Source of the DNA: a virus
IMG/VR virus record: IMGVR_UViG_3300044765_000177
Coordinates: 1 to 60,040 of that record
DNA: 60,040 nucleotides
Reading direction: 5' to 3' (one strand)
Shown here one piece after another: positions 7,233 through 15,978 of the stretch. A program made the translations under genes and the position numbers. Each line of letters opens with the position of its first letter. Position 1 is the first letter of the stretch. The notes beneath the pieces are model-generated. The model made no database searches. It was not told the DNA's origin and was given only the letters and a program-made list of their open reading frames with translations.

Positions 7233-7837
7233 GCGGCCCGCCTTTCCGCGAGCGGCAGCTGGAGTGCCTCGGAGTGCCCGTACTGGGCGTCGCAGCTGGG
7301 GCAGCGGACGCCCGCGGTGTCGAGGGTGACGCGGAGTATGTGCCCGCAGGTGCAGGTGACCGGCACGCGGCGGGGCGGCCGCTCGTCGCCGGTGGCGGTC
7401 TGGCACTGCCGGACGAGGCTGGCCAGCTCGCGCGCGAATTCGTCGAACGCGCCGTGCGACTCGGCCGCCCACGGCAGGAGGACGCGGAGCCGGTCGACGA
7501 CCTGGTCGCACTGCTGCTGGAGGTCGCCGTCCCAGCGGGGGTGCCGGTAGCCGAGGAGGTCGTGCCAGTCGATCAACCACGTCTGCAGGATGGTGACCAC
7601 ACCCCCGCGGGCCGCGAGGGACAGCGGGTCGAGGCGGACGGGGAGGGGCGCGGTGCGGCTGCCGGAGACGACGGGCCCGCCGCTGCTGCTGCCGGGGCGC
7701 AGGCTGGCGGCGAGCCGCGCGTAGAGCCCGTCGGGGCCGGCGAGGGCGCGCAGGTTGTGGTCGGTGCGGTCGGTGCACGGGCGGCAGGCGCCGGTTTCGT
7801 CGTCGTACAGGTCGCGGGTGCAGACGAGGCACTGCAT
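7229..7837 (-). CDS. Hypothetical protein with N- and C-terminal CxxC pairs (zinc-ribbon-like), 202 aa
   Basis: ORF track; CxxC...CxxC at both ends. Confidence 0.8.
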   Translation of the reverse strand: MQCLVCTRDLYDDETGACRPCTDRTDHNLRALAGPDGLYARLAASLRPGSSSGGPVVSGSRTAPLPVRLDPLSLAARGGVVTILQTWLIDWHDLLGYRHPRWDGDLQQQCDQVVDRLRVLLPWAAESHGAFDEFARELASLVRQCQTATGDERPPRRVPVTCTCGHILRVTLDTAGVRCPSCDAQYGHSEALQLPLAERRAA

Positions 7838-7859
7838 GGCGGGGCTCCTTGCGGGTGCT

Positions 7860-8324
7860 TTACTTCGCTCGATTGGACGCTTGAACTGCCGCCGAACGTG
7901 AGCGCTTGCGATTTCTGTGGCAGGTCCGGCATGCCCTGCTCCCGTCAGGGCGCCAGTAGGTGTTGTTGTCGTCGAATGGATGGCCCGCTATGCAGTGGGT
8001 CTTTGCTGCGTGAATGGCGGATGGGCCCGTCCCTCGTAGCGTGTTTTCGCGGGATGTCACCACCTCCAGATGCTGCGGATTTACGCATGAGCGCACTCGG
8101 CACAGGTGGTCAAGCTGCATTCCGTCCGGGATCGGGCCGACTCGGAGAACGAAGGACACACGGTGGGCTCGGAGCATGCGGCTGCGCAGTCGGAAGGCGC
8201 CGTATCCGCTGTAGCAAGTTCCCGTCCAGCGCATGCACCCGCGCTCATCGGCCGGAGCGACTTTCGCCCAGAACCTCGATACGTCGTTCTGCGTGAGGAC
8301 GACGCCGTTGATTTCTACGGTCAT
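7860..8324 (-). CDS. HNH homing-type endonuclease (154 aa), in a visibly lower-G+C patch
   Basis: ATG 8324; motif QLDHLCRVRSCVNPQHLEVVTSRENTLRG plus a C-terminal Cys/His cluster; the rest of track ORF 7860..9377 is junk. Confidence 0.85.
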   Translation of the reverse strand: MTVEINGVVLTQNDVSRFWAKVAPADERGCMRWTGTCYSGYGAFRLRSRMLRAHRVSFVLRVGPIPDGMQLDHLCRVRSCVNPQHLEVVTSRENTLRGTGPSAIHAAKTHCIAGHPFDDNNTYWRPDGSRACRTCHRNRKRSRSAAVQASNRAK

Positions 8325-9544
8325 CACTCCCCCGCCTTCTCGAGCGGCCAGCGCCGGTCGTTGGCGGCGCACTCGGCGACGGTCGGCCCGGCGTTGTGGA
8401 CGGGCTTGGTCGCTTCGGTCGCTGCGGCCCGGTTGAGGATCGTGTCGAGGCTGTCGGCGATCCAGCGGGCGCCGGTGATGCCGTAGAGGTCGTTGCGGAG
8501 CGCGATGATCTCGGCGGCGAGCTGGTCGGCGCGCTGTTTCTGCTGCTCCCAGTCGGTGGCAGTGAGGGCGGCGTCGGCGTCGTTGCCGTAGCAGACGATG
8601 TCGTCGGGGTGGGCTTCGGCCCAGCAGTGGCCGGGGTTGTTGCGCTCGTAGATGGCGGCGGCGACGAGGTCGCGCAGTGCGGACGTGGGGGGTACCGCGC
8701 AGGTTCCGTCGGTGCGGTGTTCGCAGGGGCTGCCGTGTCCGGCGTGGCCCTGGACGCCCCCTGCTTGGGAAGGGGTCCGGCCTGCCTCGCGTAGCGCCTG
8801 CCCGTTCTGCCGGATGACGTCGGCGAGGTCGGCGTGGGAGTACGGGTCGTCGTCGTCCATGAACCCGATGTCGCAGAGGGCGCGGCGGACGTCGTCGAGC
8901 TGGTGCTCCTTGCCGCGGCGGGCTTCGTGGGCGAGGCGGAGGCGCGTCTCGACGGTCTCGGCGCGCTGTATGGCGGCGGCTCGTTCGATTTCGGACTGGT
9001 TGGACGTCTCGTGGGCGATGCGCAGCGACTCGTTGATCTGTCGGGCGCGAGCCTCGGCGTCCCATGCCCGCTGCTGGTACTCGACGGCGGCCCGCCCCAG
9101 CGCCTTCAGCTCCGCCTCGGCCTTCACGGCGCGCTCGGTCTCGCGGATGGACGAGTCGAGGATGCGGGCGCAGGATGCGCACGTGGTGTGCCAGGTGATC
9201 CGGTTCTCGTAGTCGGCGACCTTGGTCTCGGCCTTCTCGACGCGCCGCTGCAGCTCTTGAATGCGGGCCGGGTGGTTCTCCAGGAAGCACGCGGTGGCGC
9301 GCTGGCTGACGTCGAGGATGCGCTGGGCCCGGGCGAGGCGCTCTTCCGGGGTGGTGTGGTTCCACATCCAGAGCCACTGGGCGGCGCTGGCGGTGGCGGG
9401 GTGCTGGCTGTCGGGCATGGGTTCCTCGCCGGCGTGGAGGGCGGCGAGTTCGGCAGTGAGGCGTTCGATCTGCTCGTTGGCGTGGCGGAGTTCCGCGTCG
9501 ACGTCTCGGGTGTTCGTGTCGGGTGCGGGGGTCTCGTCGGTCAT
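8324..9544 (-). CDS. Large coiled-coil hypothetical protein (406 aa)
   Basis: ATG 9544 within track ORF 8324..9658; stop overlaps the HNH start. Confidence 0.8.
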   Translation of the reverse strand: MTDETPAPDTNTRDVDAELRHANEQIERLTAELAALHAGEEPMPDSQHPATASAAQWLWMWNHTTPEERLARAQRILDVSQRATACFLENHPARIQELQRRVEKAETKVADYENRITWHTTCASCARILDSSIRETERAVKAEAELKALGRAAVEYQQRAWDAEARARQINESLRIAHETSNQSEIERAAAIQRAETVETRLRLAHEARRGKEHQLDDVRRALCDIGFMDDDDPYSHADLADVIRQNGQALREAGRTPSQAGGVQGHAGHGSPCEHRTDGTCAVPPTSALRDLVAAAIYERNNPGHCWAEAHPDDIVCYGNDADAALTATDWEQQKQRADQLAAEIIALRNDLYGITGARWIADSLDTILNRAAATEATKPVHNAGPTVAECAANDRRWPLEKAGE

Positions 9545-9647
9545 GGATGCCTCTTCCGGGCTCGTAGTCGGGTCTGTGGCGGCCTGTGGGCCGGGGGTTG
9601 GGGTTCGGGTCGTCGGGGCGGCTGTTCGGCCGTCTACGGCCCGCCTG

Positions 9648-10073
9648 TCACGCCGCATCGGCTGTGCGCCCGTCTGCGGGCCGTTCCGGGGGCCGCGCGT
9701 CCCGAGTGCCGTTCGCGGGCTGCGAGGCCGTCAGGCGGGCACCTGCGGGCTCTGACGGGGGCGCGTTGCCCACCTCGCTCGCACCGGTGAGTTCCGCGAC
9801 GCGTTCCTCGAGCCGGCGGATCTCCGCGTCCGCCGCCTCCCGATGGCGCTGGAGCGCCCGGGTGGTGTGGGCCAGGCTGCGGCGGGTCTTGTCACTCAAC
9901 TGCCGCTCAGCCCGCACGTAGTCGGCGAGCACCGCCGCCTCCGGGATCGTCAGCACCCCGCGCAGGGCACGGCCGATCAGGTTGTCGATGACCAGCTGCC
10001 GCTGCGTGCGCTCGTGCTGGTTCGGCTTCGGCGCGCGGACCCGCGGCGGCTGGTGGGTGTTCGGCTGGGACAC
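9648..10073 (-). CDS. Hypothetical protein (141 aa)
   Basis: GTG 10073 preceded by AGGAG. Confidence 0.65.
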   Translation of the reverse strand: MSQPNTHQPPRVRAPKPNQHERTQRQLVIDNLIGRALRGVLTIPEAAVLADYVRAERQLSDKTRRSLAHTTRALQRHREAADAEIRRLEERVAELTGASEVGNAPPSEPAGARLTASQPANGTRDARPPERPADGRTADAA

Positions 10074-10141
10074 GATCGGCTCCTGTGTCGGTACGGTGGT
10101 CGGCAGGCCCGCCCGGCTACGACCCGGGCGGGCTGCCGCGT

Positions 10142-10357
10142 TCACGGCTGGTGTGTGCATTTCGGTGGTGTGGGGCCGGTGGCGGCCGTACCGCACGGCC
10201 ACGCACCCGGACGGGCGATGTGGTAGCCGGGCTTGGCCGGCTCGGCGGCGGCCGGCTTCGGTTGGGCGGGGGCGCGGCCGGTGAGGACCTGGAAGTAGTC
10301 GCGGAGGCTGCCCTCGGCCCGCATGGCGGCCACGTCTTCGATCGACGGCTCGTTCAT
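10142..10357 (-). CDS. Hypothetical protein (71 aa)
   Basis: ATG 10357 overlaps the dnaB stop by 1 nt. Confidence 0.65.
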   Translation of the reverse strand: MNEPSIEDVAAMRAEGSLRDYFQVLTGRAPAQPKPAAAEPAKPGYHIARPGAWPCGTAATGPTPPKCTHQP

Positions 10358-11739
10358 CAGGTCTGCGCCATGTCCACGAAGCGGCTGTAGTGGCCCTGGA
10401 AGGCGACCGTGATCGTGGCCGTGGGGCCGTTGCGGTGCTTGCCGACGATCAGGTCGGCCTCGCCGGCCCGCGGGGACTCCGGGTCGTAGGCGTCCTCCCG
10501 GTGGAGCAGGATCACGATGTCGGCGTCCTGCTCGATCGCGCCGGACTCGCGGAGGTCGGAGACGACGGGCTTCTTCTCCTGCCGCTGCTCGGGCCCGCGG
10601 TTGAGCTGGCAGAGGACGATGACGGTGACGCCGAAGTCGCGGGCGATCAGCTTGAGGTTGCGGCTGATCTCGGCGACGGCCTGCTGCCGGTTCTCCGCCT
10701 TGGGCGCCTGCATCAGCTGCAGGTAGTCCACGATGACGAGCCGAAGGCCGTGGGAGCGGACGAGGTTGCGGATGCGGCCGCGGAGCAGGGGCAGCGACAG
10801 CAGCGATCCGTCGTTGATCCACAGCGGGGCGGCGGCGATGTCGGGTGCCCGGCGGGCGGCGCGCACCATGTCGTCGTCGGTGGCGATGCCGTTCTTCAGG
10901 TGGTGCAGGGCAATGCGGGCCTCGGCGCTGAGGATGCGGTCGGACAGCTCTTCCTTGCTCATCTCCAGCGACTCGAACAGGGTCGGGATCTTGTGCTGGA
11001 TGGCGGCGCCGCGGGCGAAGTCCTGGGCGACGGTGGACTTGCCCATGGCCGGCCGGGCGCCGATGACGACGAGCTGGCCGGGCGTCCAGCCGCCGGACAG
11101 CAGGCTGTCGAGGTCGATGAAGCCGGTCGGGACGCGGTTGTCGTTGGTGGGCGGGGTGGTGGCCCGGTCGATGCTGTCGAGGAGGAGGTCGCCGATGGAG
11201 GCCATGTCGGCGTTGTCGGCGGGGCGGACGGCTCCGTCGAGCTTGGCCTGGAGGTCCGGGACGTCGGTGTCCTCATCGAAGGCCGGGGAGCTGCCCTTGA
11301 GGACGGCGTCGTAGCCGAGGGCGACGACGCGGGCGGCGACGGCCTTCTTGGTGACGCGGCGGGCGTACCACTCGGCGGCGCCGTAGTGCGCGTTGTTGCA
11401 CAGGTCCATGAGCCGCTCGGTGGGCGGCACGCGGACGGGCATGCGGCCGTCGGCGTGCCAGGCCTCGAGCTGGCGATGGACGGCGAGGTACTTGAGTTCG
11501 CCGTCGCGGATGGTGGTGCGGAGCTCTTCGGCAGCGAACCAGGCCCAGCGGAGCCAGTCGGTGGTGATGTCGGCCGGGTCGAAGCCGTCGGCGCCGAGCT
11601 CGTCGATGCAGTCGGGCTGCATGATCGCGGTGGCGACGAGGATGTGCTCGGCCTCGACGTCGCGAGGGCGCTCGGGGGCGGCGGACTGCGGGGCGGAGAG
11701 CGTCTCGTCGGGCGCCCACATCTCGGTGTCCGTGGTCAC
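10357..11739 (-). CDS. dnaB: DnaB-family replicative DNA helicase (460 aa)
   Basis: Walker A GARPAMGKST, IVDYLQLM, CQLNRGPEQR, ESGAIEQDADIV; GTG 11739 after GGAGGAG, overlapping the upstream stop (GTGA). Confidence 0.92.
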   Translation of the reverse strand: MTTDTEMWAPDETLSAPQSAAPERPRDVEAEHILVATAIMQPDCIDELGADGFDPADITTDWLRWAWFAAEELRTTIRDGELKYLAVHRQLEAWHADGRMPVRVPPTERLMDLCNNAHYGAAEWYARRVTKKAVAARVVALGYDAVLKGSSPAFDEDTDVPDLQAKLDGAVRPADNADMASIGDLLLDSIDRATTPPTNDNRVPTGFIDLDSLLSGGWTPGQLVVIGARPAMGKSTVAQDFARGAAIQHKIPTLFESLEMSKEELSDRILSAEARIALHHLKNGIATDDDMVRAARRAPDIAAAPLWINDGSLLSLPLLRGRIRNLVRSHGLRLVIVDYLQLMQAPKAENRQQAVAEISRNLKLIARDFGVTVIVLCQLNRGPEQRQEKKPVVSDLRESGAIEQDADIVILLHREDAYDPESPRAGEADLIVGKHRNGPTATITVAFQGHYSRFVDMAQT

Positions 11740-12446
11740 GCGGCGCTCCTCCGGCGGTCGTTGCCCTTCATGGCCACGCGCTCGCACATCTCAGCGAGGC
11801 GGGAAATGACGCGGTCACCGAGGCGGCCGGCGAGTTCCTTCGGCTCGACGTTGGATGTCATGAGGGTGGGCAGGTGGCGCTCGTAGCGGTAATTGATCAG
11901 CCGGAAGTTGACCTCCTCGGTGAACTCGGTGGGCTTGCGCTCGGCGCCGAGGTCGTCGACGAGGAGGAGGCGGGCGTCGCGGTACTTGCGGAACTCGGCT
12001 TCGGAGTCGATGCCGTGGCGGGGCCGGAGGGCGGCGTACAGGTCGGCGGCGGTGGTCACCTGCCACTGGCCGTACACGCCGGCGATGGACAGCTCCCGCA
12101 TGGCGCCGTAAGCCTCGTGAGTCTTGCCGACGCCGGTGGCTCCGAGGAGCAGCAGCGAGGGGCCGTGGGTGATGCTGGCGATGGGGCTGCCGCGGTCGGC
12201 CTGGGCTTCGCGCGCGGCCTCGATGAGGGTGTCGATCCAGGCGCGCAGCTGGGGCAGGGTGGCAACGGCGCTGCGGTAGTGGAACGGGACCTTGGCCATG
12301 GTCTCGAGGTAGGTGTTGCGGGCGACGTTCGCGGTGCTGTGCGGGTCGAAGTCGTGGTCCTGGATCCAGTCGGGGTCGAGGCCGCGGCTGGCGAGGAGCG
12401 GGGCGAGGTCGTGGCCTCGGAGGCTGCTGGGCGGGATGTACTGCAT
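11736..12446 (-). CDS. DnaC/IstB-like AAA+ helicase loader (236 aa)
   Basis: Walker A GATGVGKTH, Walker B LLLVDDLG; sits directly upstream of the helicase gene. Confidence 0.85.
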   Translation of the reverse strand: MQYIPPSSLRGHDLAPLLASRGLDPDWIQDHDFDPHSTANVARNTYLETMAKVPFHYRSAVATLPQLRAWIDTLIEAAREAQADRGSPIASITHGPSLLLLGATGVGKTHEAYGAMRELSIAGVYGQWQVTTAADLYAALRPRHGIDSEAEFRKYRDARLLLVDDLGAERKPTEFTEEVNFRLINYRYERHLPTLMTSNVEPKELAGRLGDRVISRLAEMCERVAMKGNDRRRSAA

Positions 12447-13273
12447 CAGAAGTCCTCGTCGTAGACGGATTGGTCGGTGGGGTTGCGGTAGGGCTCGTAG
12501 CCGCCGGAGACGGCGCGCAGCGGGGGGCGTCCATTGGGGTCCGGCGCGGGCGCGAACTTGTCCTCGTAGCGGCGTTCGCGGATCCAGTTGGCGGACTGCT
12601 TGATGAAGCGGAACTCCTGGCCGGCCATCTCTCGGGCGTAGGCCAGGGCGGCAGCGGAGATGGCGACGGGGTCGGCTCCGGCAAGGATGGCTTCGGTCCA
12701 GGCCTCGAGGGTCCGGTCGTAGTCCTTGCTCTTGGGGTGGTTGTGCCAGAAGCGGCCGAACTCCAGCTTCTCCTCGCTGCTGATCTGGCGGCCGGGAGCT
12801 CCAGCAGAAGCTTCTTCATCTACGTGGTTGCTGTGGTTCTGGTTATGGGGTCCGGTAGCCGGACCCCTAGAGGTCCGGTTTTCGGACCCCTGGGGTCCGG
12901 TAGCCGGACCCCTAGCGTTTTGCTTAGAGGTCCGGTTTTCGGACCCCTGGCCCTCGCCTAGAGGTCCGGTAGCCGGACCCCTAGAGGTGAAGTCGGGGCG
13001 CACGAAACCGACCGCCCCAGGGATCTTGTAGAGCGCCGCACGTGTGCCTCGCCCCTGCTCCAGCAGGTTCAGCTCACCGCTCTTGACGAGAGCATCGATG
13101 GCGGTGATGACGGACGATCGGGCGGCGTTGCTGAAGCGCACCAGCTCCGCGGTGCTGACCCGTGCCAAGCCGTCGTCGCCGGTGATCCGGTTGGCGATCG
13201 CCAGCATGACGTGCCGTCCGGCCCCCTTTGACTGGGAGTGGAGCCAGACCCAGTACATGGCGTCGATGCTCAC
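12446..13273 (-). CDS. Replication initiator-like protein: N-terminal winged-helix, repeat-containing linker, C-terminal domain (275 aa)
   Basis: ORF track; position upstream of loader and helicase; N-terminal wHTH-like segment; linker encoded by the iteron array. Confidence 0.7.
   Translation of the reverse strand: MSIDAMYWVWLHSQSKGAGRHVMLAIANRITGDDGLARVSTAELVRFSNAARSSVITAIDALVKSGELNLLEQGRGTRAALYKIPGAVGFVRPDFTSRGPATGPLGEGQGSENRTSKQNARGPATGPQGSENRTSRGPATGPHNQNHSNHVDEEASAGAPGRQISSEEKLEFGRFWHNHPKSKDYDRTLEAWTEAILAGADPVAISAAALAYAREMAGQEFRFIKQSANWIRERRYEDKFAPAPDPNGRPPLRAVSGGYEPYRNPTDQSVYDEDF
12849..12984. repeat. Five palindromic 22-nt repeats inside the initiator gene; candidate origin iterons
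   Basis: GGTCCGGTAGCCGGACCCCTAG at 12849, 12894, 12963; GGTCCGGTTTTCGGACCCCTGG at 12872, 12929; adjacent lower-G+C stretch at ~12800-12848. Confidence 0.6.
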
Positions 13274-13353
13274 GTGGTCTCTTCTCTCGGTAGCGCTGGC
13301 GGGATCGGGGTGTGCTGGGTGTCAGGGCCGGTCGCGCGGCCGGCGGGGCGCGG

Positions 13354-14478
13354 TCACGCGGCCATCGCGTCGAGGTCGGCGGTGAGCAGCCGGCGGTACG
13401 CCTCGACGGCCTGGCGGGTGACGACGCCGTTGCCGCCGATCTTGATTTGCTGGGCGCGGGGCAGGTCGAGATCGGTGATCCAGCCGGAGGGGGCGCCCAT
13501 CATCCACTCGACGAATTGGGCGGTGATGCGCCTGTTGCCGCGTTGGCCGGGCTCGGTCGGCTCGGGTGCGGGGCGGCCGAGGATGGCCTCCCAGCGCCGG
13601 ATCGCCGGGCCGTAGTCGACGCCGTCGACGGTCACCCAGTCGTGGTCGATGCGGGCCAGCCGGGTCGGCAGGTCGTCGTCGCCGACAGGCCGTCGGTCGA
13701 GGGGTCCTGCCCCCTTCACGATGCGCGCCGTCGGGGTGGGCAGGAGCCAGGCGACGTCGGTGAGCGTCTTGCCGCTGTTGAACTTGGCGCCTTCGCGGCG
13801 GACCGCCGTCCAGTTGCGGGTGCCGCGGGAGTCGGCGACGGTCGGCGACGGCAGCAGCGTCAGGACGCCTTCTCGTCGCGCGCCGGGAACCTGGTGACCA
13901 GCGTCCGCAGGTTCAGGCCGCCCGTCCGCTTCGGCGAGGTCCCCGGGCCACCGGTACCGTCCGCTGCGCTCGGGGTCGGCATCAGCGGGATGGGCAACTG
14001 CGAACCAGCGGTCTCGCTTGTGCGGCGCTCCGACTGCCGGGTCGCCAGCTCGTAGGCATGTCCACCGCGCGTCATACCCGATCGCGGCCAGGTCTGCGAC
14101 GACGACGTCGAGGCCGCGCGACCGGATCGCCGCCACGTTTTCCAGGAAGACGAGGCGCGGTCGAGTGTGGCGAACAGCTTCAAGAACGTTCTTCCAGATC
14201 CCTGAGCGGGCACCGGTGATTCCCTTCTTCTTGCCGGCGTGGCTGATGTCCTGGCAGGGGAAGCCGGCGGTGATGGTGTCGAAGTCGTAGTCCTGGGCGA
14301 GTCCGGCCCAGTCGACGGTGGTGATGTCGCCGAGGTTGGGGGCCCAGTCGAAGTGGGCCTGCATGACGCGGGAGGCGAACGGGTCGGCTTCCGCGTAGAC
14401 GAGGGTCTTGTTGCCGGTGATCTGTTCGACGGCCAGGTCGAGGCCGCCGTACCCGGAGCAGAGGCTGAGGTTGCTCAT
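13354..14478 (-). CDS. DNA (cytosine-5)-methyltransferase (374 aa)
   Basis: Motifs LCSGYGG (I), GFPCQDIS (IV), ENV (VI), RDRWF (VIII), GNGV (X); ATG 14478 overlaps the upstream stop. Confidence 0.9.
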   Translation of the reverse strand: MSNLSLCSGYGGLDLAVEQITGNKTLVYAEADPFASRVMQAHFDWAPNLGDITTVDWAGLAQDYDFDTITAGFPCQDISHAGKKKGITGARSGIWKNVLEAVRHTRPRLVFLENVAAIRSRGLDVVVADLAAIGYDARWTCLRAGDPAVGAPHKRDRWFAVAHPADADPERSGRYRWPGDLAEADGRPEPADAGHQVPGARREGVLTLLPSPTVADSRGTRNWTAVRREGAKFNSGKTLTDVAWLLPTPTARIVKGAGPLDRRPVGDDDLPTRLARIDHDWVTVDGVDYGPAIRRWEAILGRPAPEPTEPGQRGNRRITAQFVEWMMGAPSGWITDLDLPRAQQIKIGGNGVVTRQAVEAYRRLLTADLDAMAA

Positions 14479-15287
14479 GCGGCTCGCCCCAGTCCGGCCC
14501 GGGCGGCCCGCTCGCACCGGATGACCTGCAGCTGGTCGTTGACGTACTTCTCGGTGTTGCCGAGCCGCTTGGCGATGGCGGGCACGGACTCGTTGAGCAG
14601 GTAGAGGTGTTCGATCTCGCGCTTGCGGTCCGGGTCGCGCTCGCACTTCGGGGCGGCCTCGAAGGGGGCGGCCTCTTCCGGCTCGCAGTTGGGGTTGTCG
14701 ATGTCGTCCCAGGCGAGGGGACCGTGCCAGCCCTGCGTGCGGGCCCGCCGGATGGTGTGCGGGTTGTCGCTGCGGAACGTGGACATGCGCCGGTACGCGC
14801 CGGCGATGGCGCGCGCGGTCTCGACGTCGATCTCGATGTACTTGCCGGTGATGATTCGGCCGAGCCGGTGGCGGCTCATGGCGACCTCGGCGCCGATGCT
14901 GTCGAGGGTGTGGCCGAGGCAGGCGAGGGCGCGGAGGCGGCGGATGGTGCCGGTGGCGTCGACGACGTCGGTGTTCGCGGGCGCCGGACCGATGGGGACC
15001 GCGAGGATGGCTCGGGCGCGGTCGCGGTTGATGGTGGGCTGCCCGTAGAGGACGTACCGGATGGCGGTCACGGAGACGCCGCTGACCTCTGAGATCTGTC
15101 GGACGAGCCAGCCGTTGGCGAGGAGGCGCTGGATGTGTTCCAGGACGGGGCCTGCGTCGCGGAGGCGTCGGATGCCACGGCTGTGGTCGAGCCGGAGGGC
15201 GCTCATGTACCGGTAGTTGGCGAGGGCGCAGGCCGGGCTGTCGCAGCCTTGGATGTGGCAGAAGCGGCTGGGCGTGTGGTCGGTCAC
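14475..15287 (-). CDS. Putative DNA-binding protein with at least two HTH-like segments (270 aa)
   Basis: GTG 15287 after GGAAGGAG; segments VRQISEVSGVSVTAIRYVL and VPAIAKRLGNTEKYVNDQL. Confidence 0.7.
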   Translation of the reverse strand: MTDHTPSRFCHIQGCDSPACALANYRYMSALRLDHSRGIRRLRDAGPVLEHIQRLLANGWLVRQISEVSGVSVTAIRYVLYGQPTINRDRARAILAVPIGPAPANTDVVDATGTIRRLRALACLGHTLDSIGAEVAMSRHRLGRIITGKYIEIDVETARAIAGAYRRMSTFRSDNPHTIRRARTQGWHGPLAWDDIDNPNCEPEEAAPFEAAPKCERDPDRKREIEHLYLLNESVPAIAKRLGNTEKYVNDQLQVIRCERAARAGLGRAA

Positions 15288-15481
15288 GGGCGGTTCTCCT
15301 TCCGGGTGTAGCGCTGGTGGTTGCGGGTGGCGGCGCGGCGGAGTTCGCGGTTGTGAAGGGCGGTTCCGGCGGCGGCCCAGGCGGCGAGGATCACGAAGGA
15401 CTGGATGGTGAGGACGCCCCACCAGGTGAAGGTGTCGATCTGGTCGGCGTACCAGCCGCTGATGGCGTCGAGGACGGTCAT
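15284..15481 (-). CDS. Small membrane protein (65 aa)
   Basis: ORF track; one or two hydrophobic helices; coupled on both sides. Confidence 0.65.
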   Translation of the reverse strand: MTVLDAISGWYADQIDTFTWWGVLTIQSFVILAAWAAAGTALHNRELRRAATRNHQRYTRKENRP

Positions 15482-15567
15482 CGCCGCCTCCGGTCGATGA
15501 GCCGGGTGGCGGGGATGGCAGCGAGGACGCTGGCGACGATGAGGGCGAGGAGGGCCAGGTCGCGCAT
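15478..15567 (-). CDS. 29-codon hydrophobic micro-ORF (MRDLALLALIVASVLAAIPATRLIDRRRR)
   Basis: ATG 15567 overlaps the upstream stop; its TGA overlaps the downstream ATG (ATGA); below the ORF-track cutoff. Confidence 0.45.
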   Translation of the reverse strand: MRDLALLALIVASVLAAIPATRLIDRRRR

Positions 15568-15899
15568 CAGGCGGCCCTCCGGTCGGCGTCGGTGCGGCGC
15601 CGGTAGACCGCTATGCGGTGGCCCTTGGTGGCCGGGGCGGTCGACGGCACGTAGTGGCCGGTGCCGATCAGGAAGTTGTGGGACATGCCCCGCAGCACGC
15701 CGGGGAGGACTCCGGCGGCGACGTCGGGCAGCTCGTCCCGCAGGTCGTTGGCGGATACGGTGTCGTGGTCGCGCATCCAGATGAGGACGGCCTGGGCGAC
15801 GACCTTGCGGTCCCAGTTGGAGGCCTGGCGGAGGAGCTGGGCGAGGGTCTTGTCGCGGACGTCTTCGGCGACCTGCTCGGCGAGTGTGAGGCGGGGCAT
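15567..15899 (-). CDS. Hypothetical protein (110 aa)
   Basis: ATG 15899 preceded by GGGAG. Confidence 0.7.
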   Translation of the reverse strand: MPRLTLAEQVAEDVRDKTLAQLLRQASNWDRKVVAQAVLIWMRDHDTVSANDLRDELPDVAAGVLPGVLRGMSHNFLIGTGHYVPSTAPATKGHRIAVYRRRTDADRRAA

Positions 15900-15978
15900 T
15901 GCTGCGCTCCCTTCGGGGATGGTGTGCTGGTTGCGTGGCCGGCCCGATTCCCGCGGGCCGGCCACCGGCGTGTGCGGG

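Noticed and set aside
7860-9377. Single 505-aa ORF from the track
   Set aside because: Only the C-terminal 154 codons (HNH) look like protein. The upstream part is Arg/Pro junk, out of frame with the real 406-aa gene at 8324..9544.
12849-12984. CRISPR-like array
   Set aside because: The repeats are 22 nt, abut each other or are separated by at most 12 nt, lie in frame inside a protein-coding gene and have no cas genes nearby. I interpret them as iterons.
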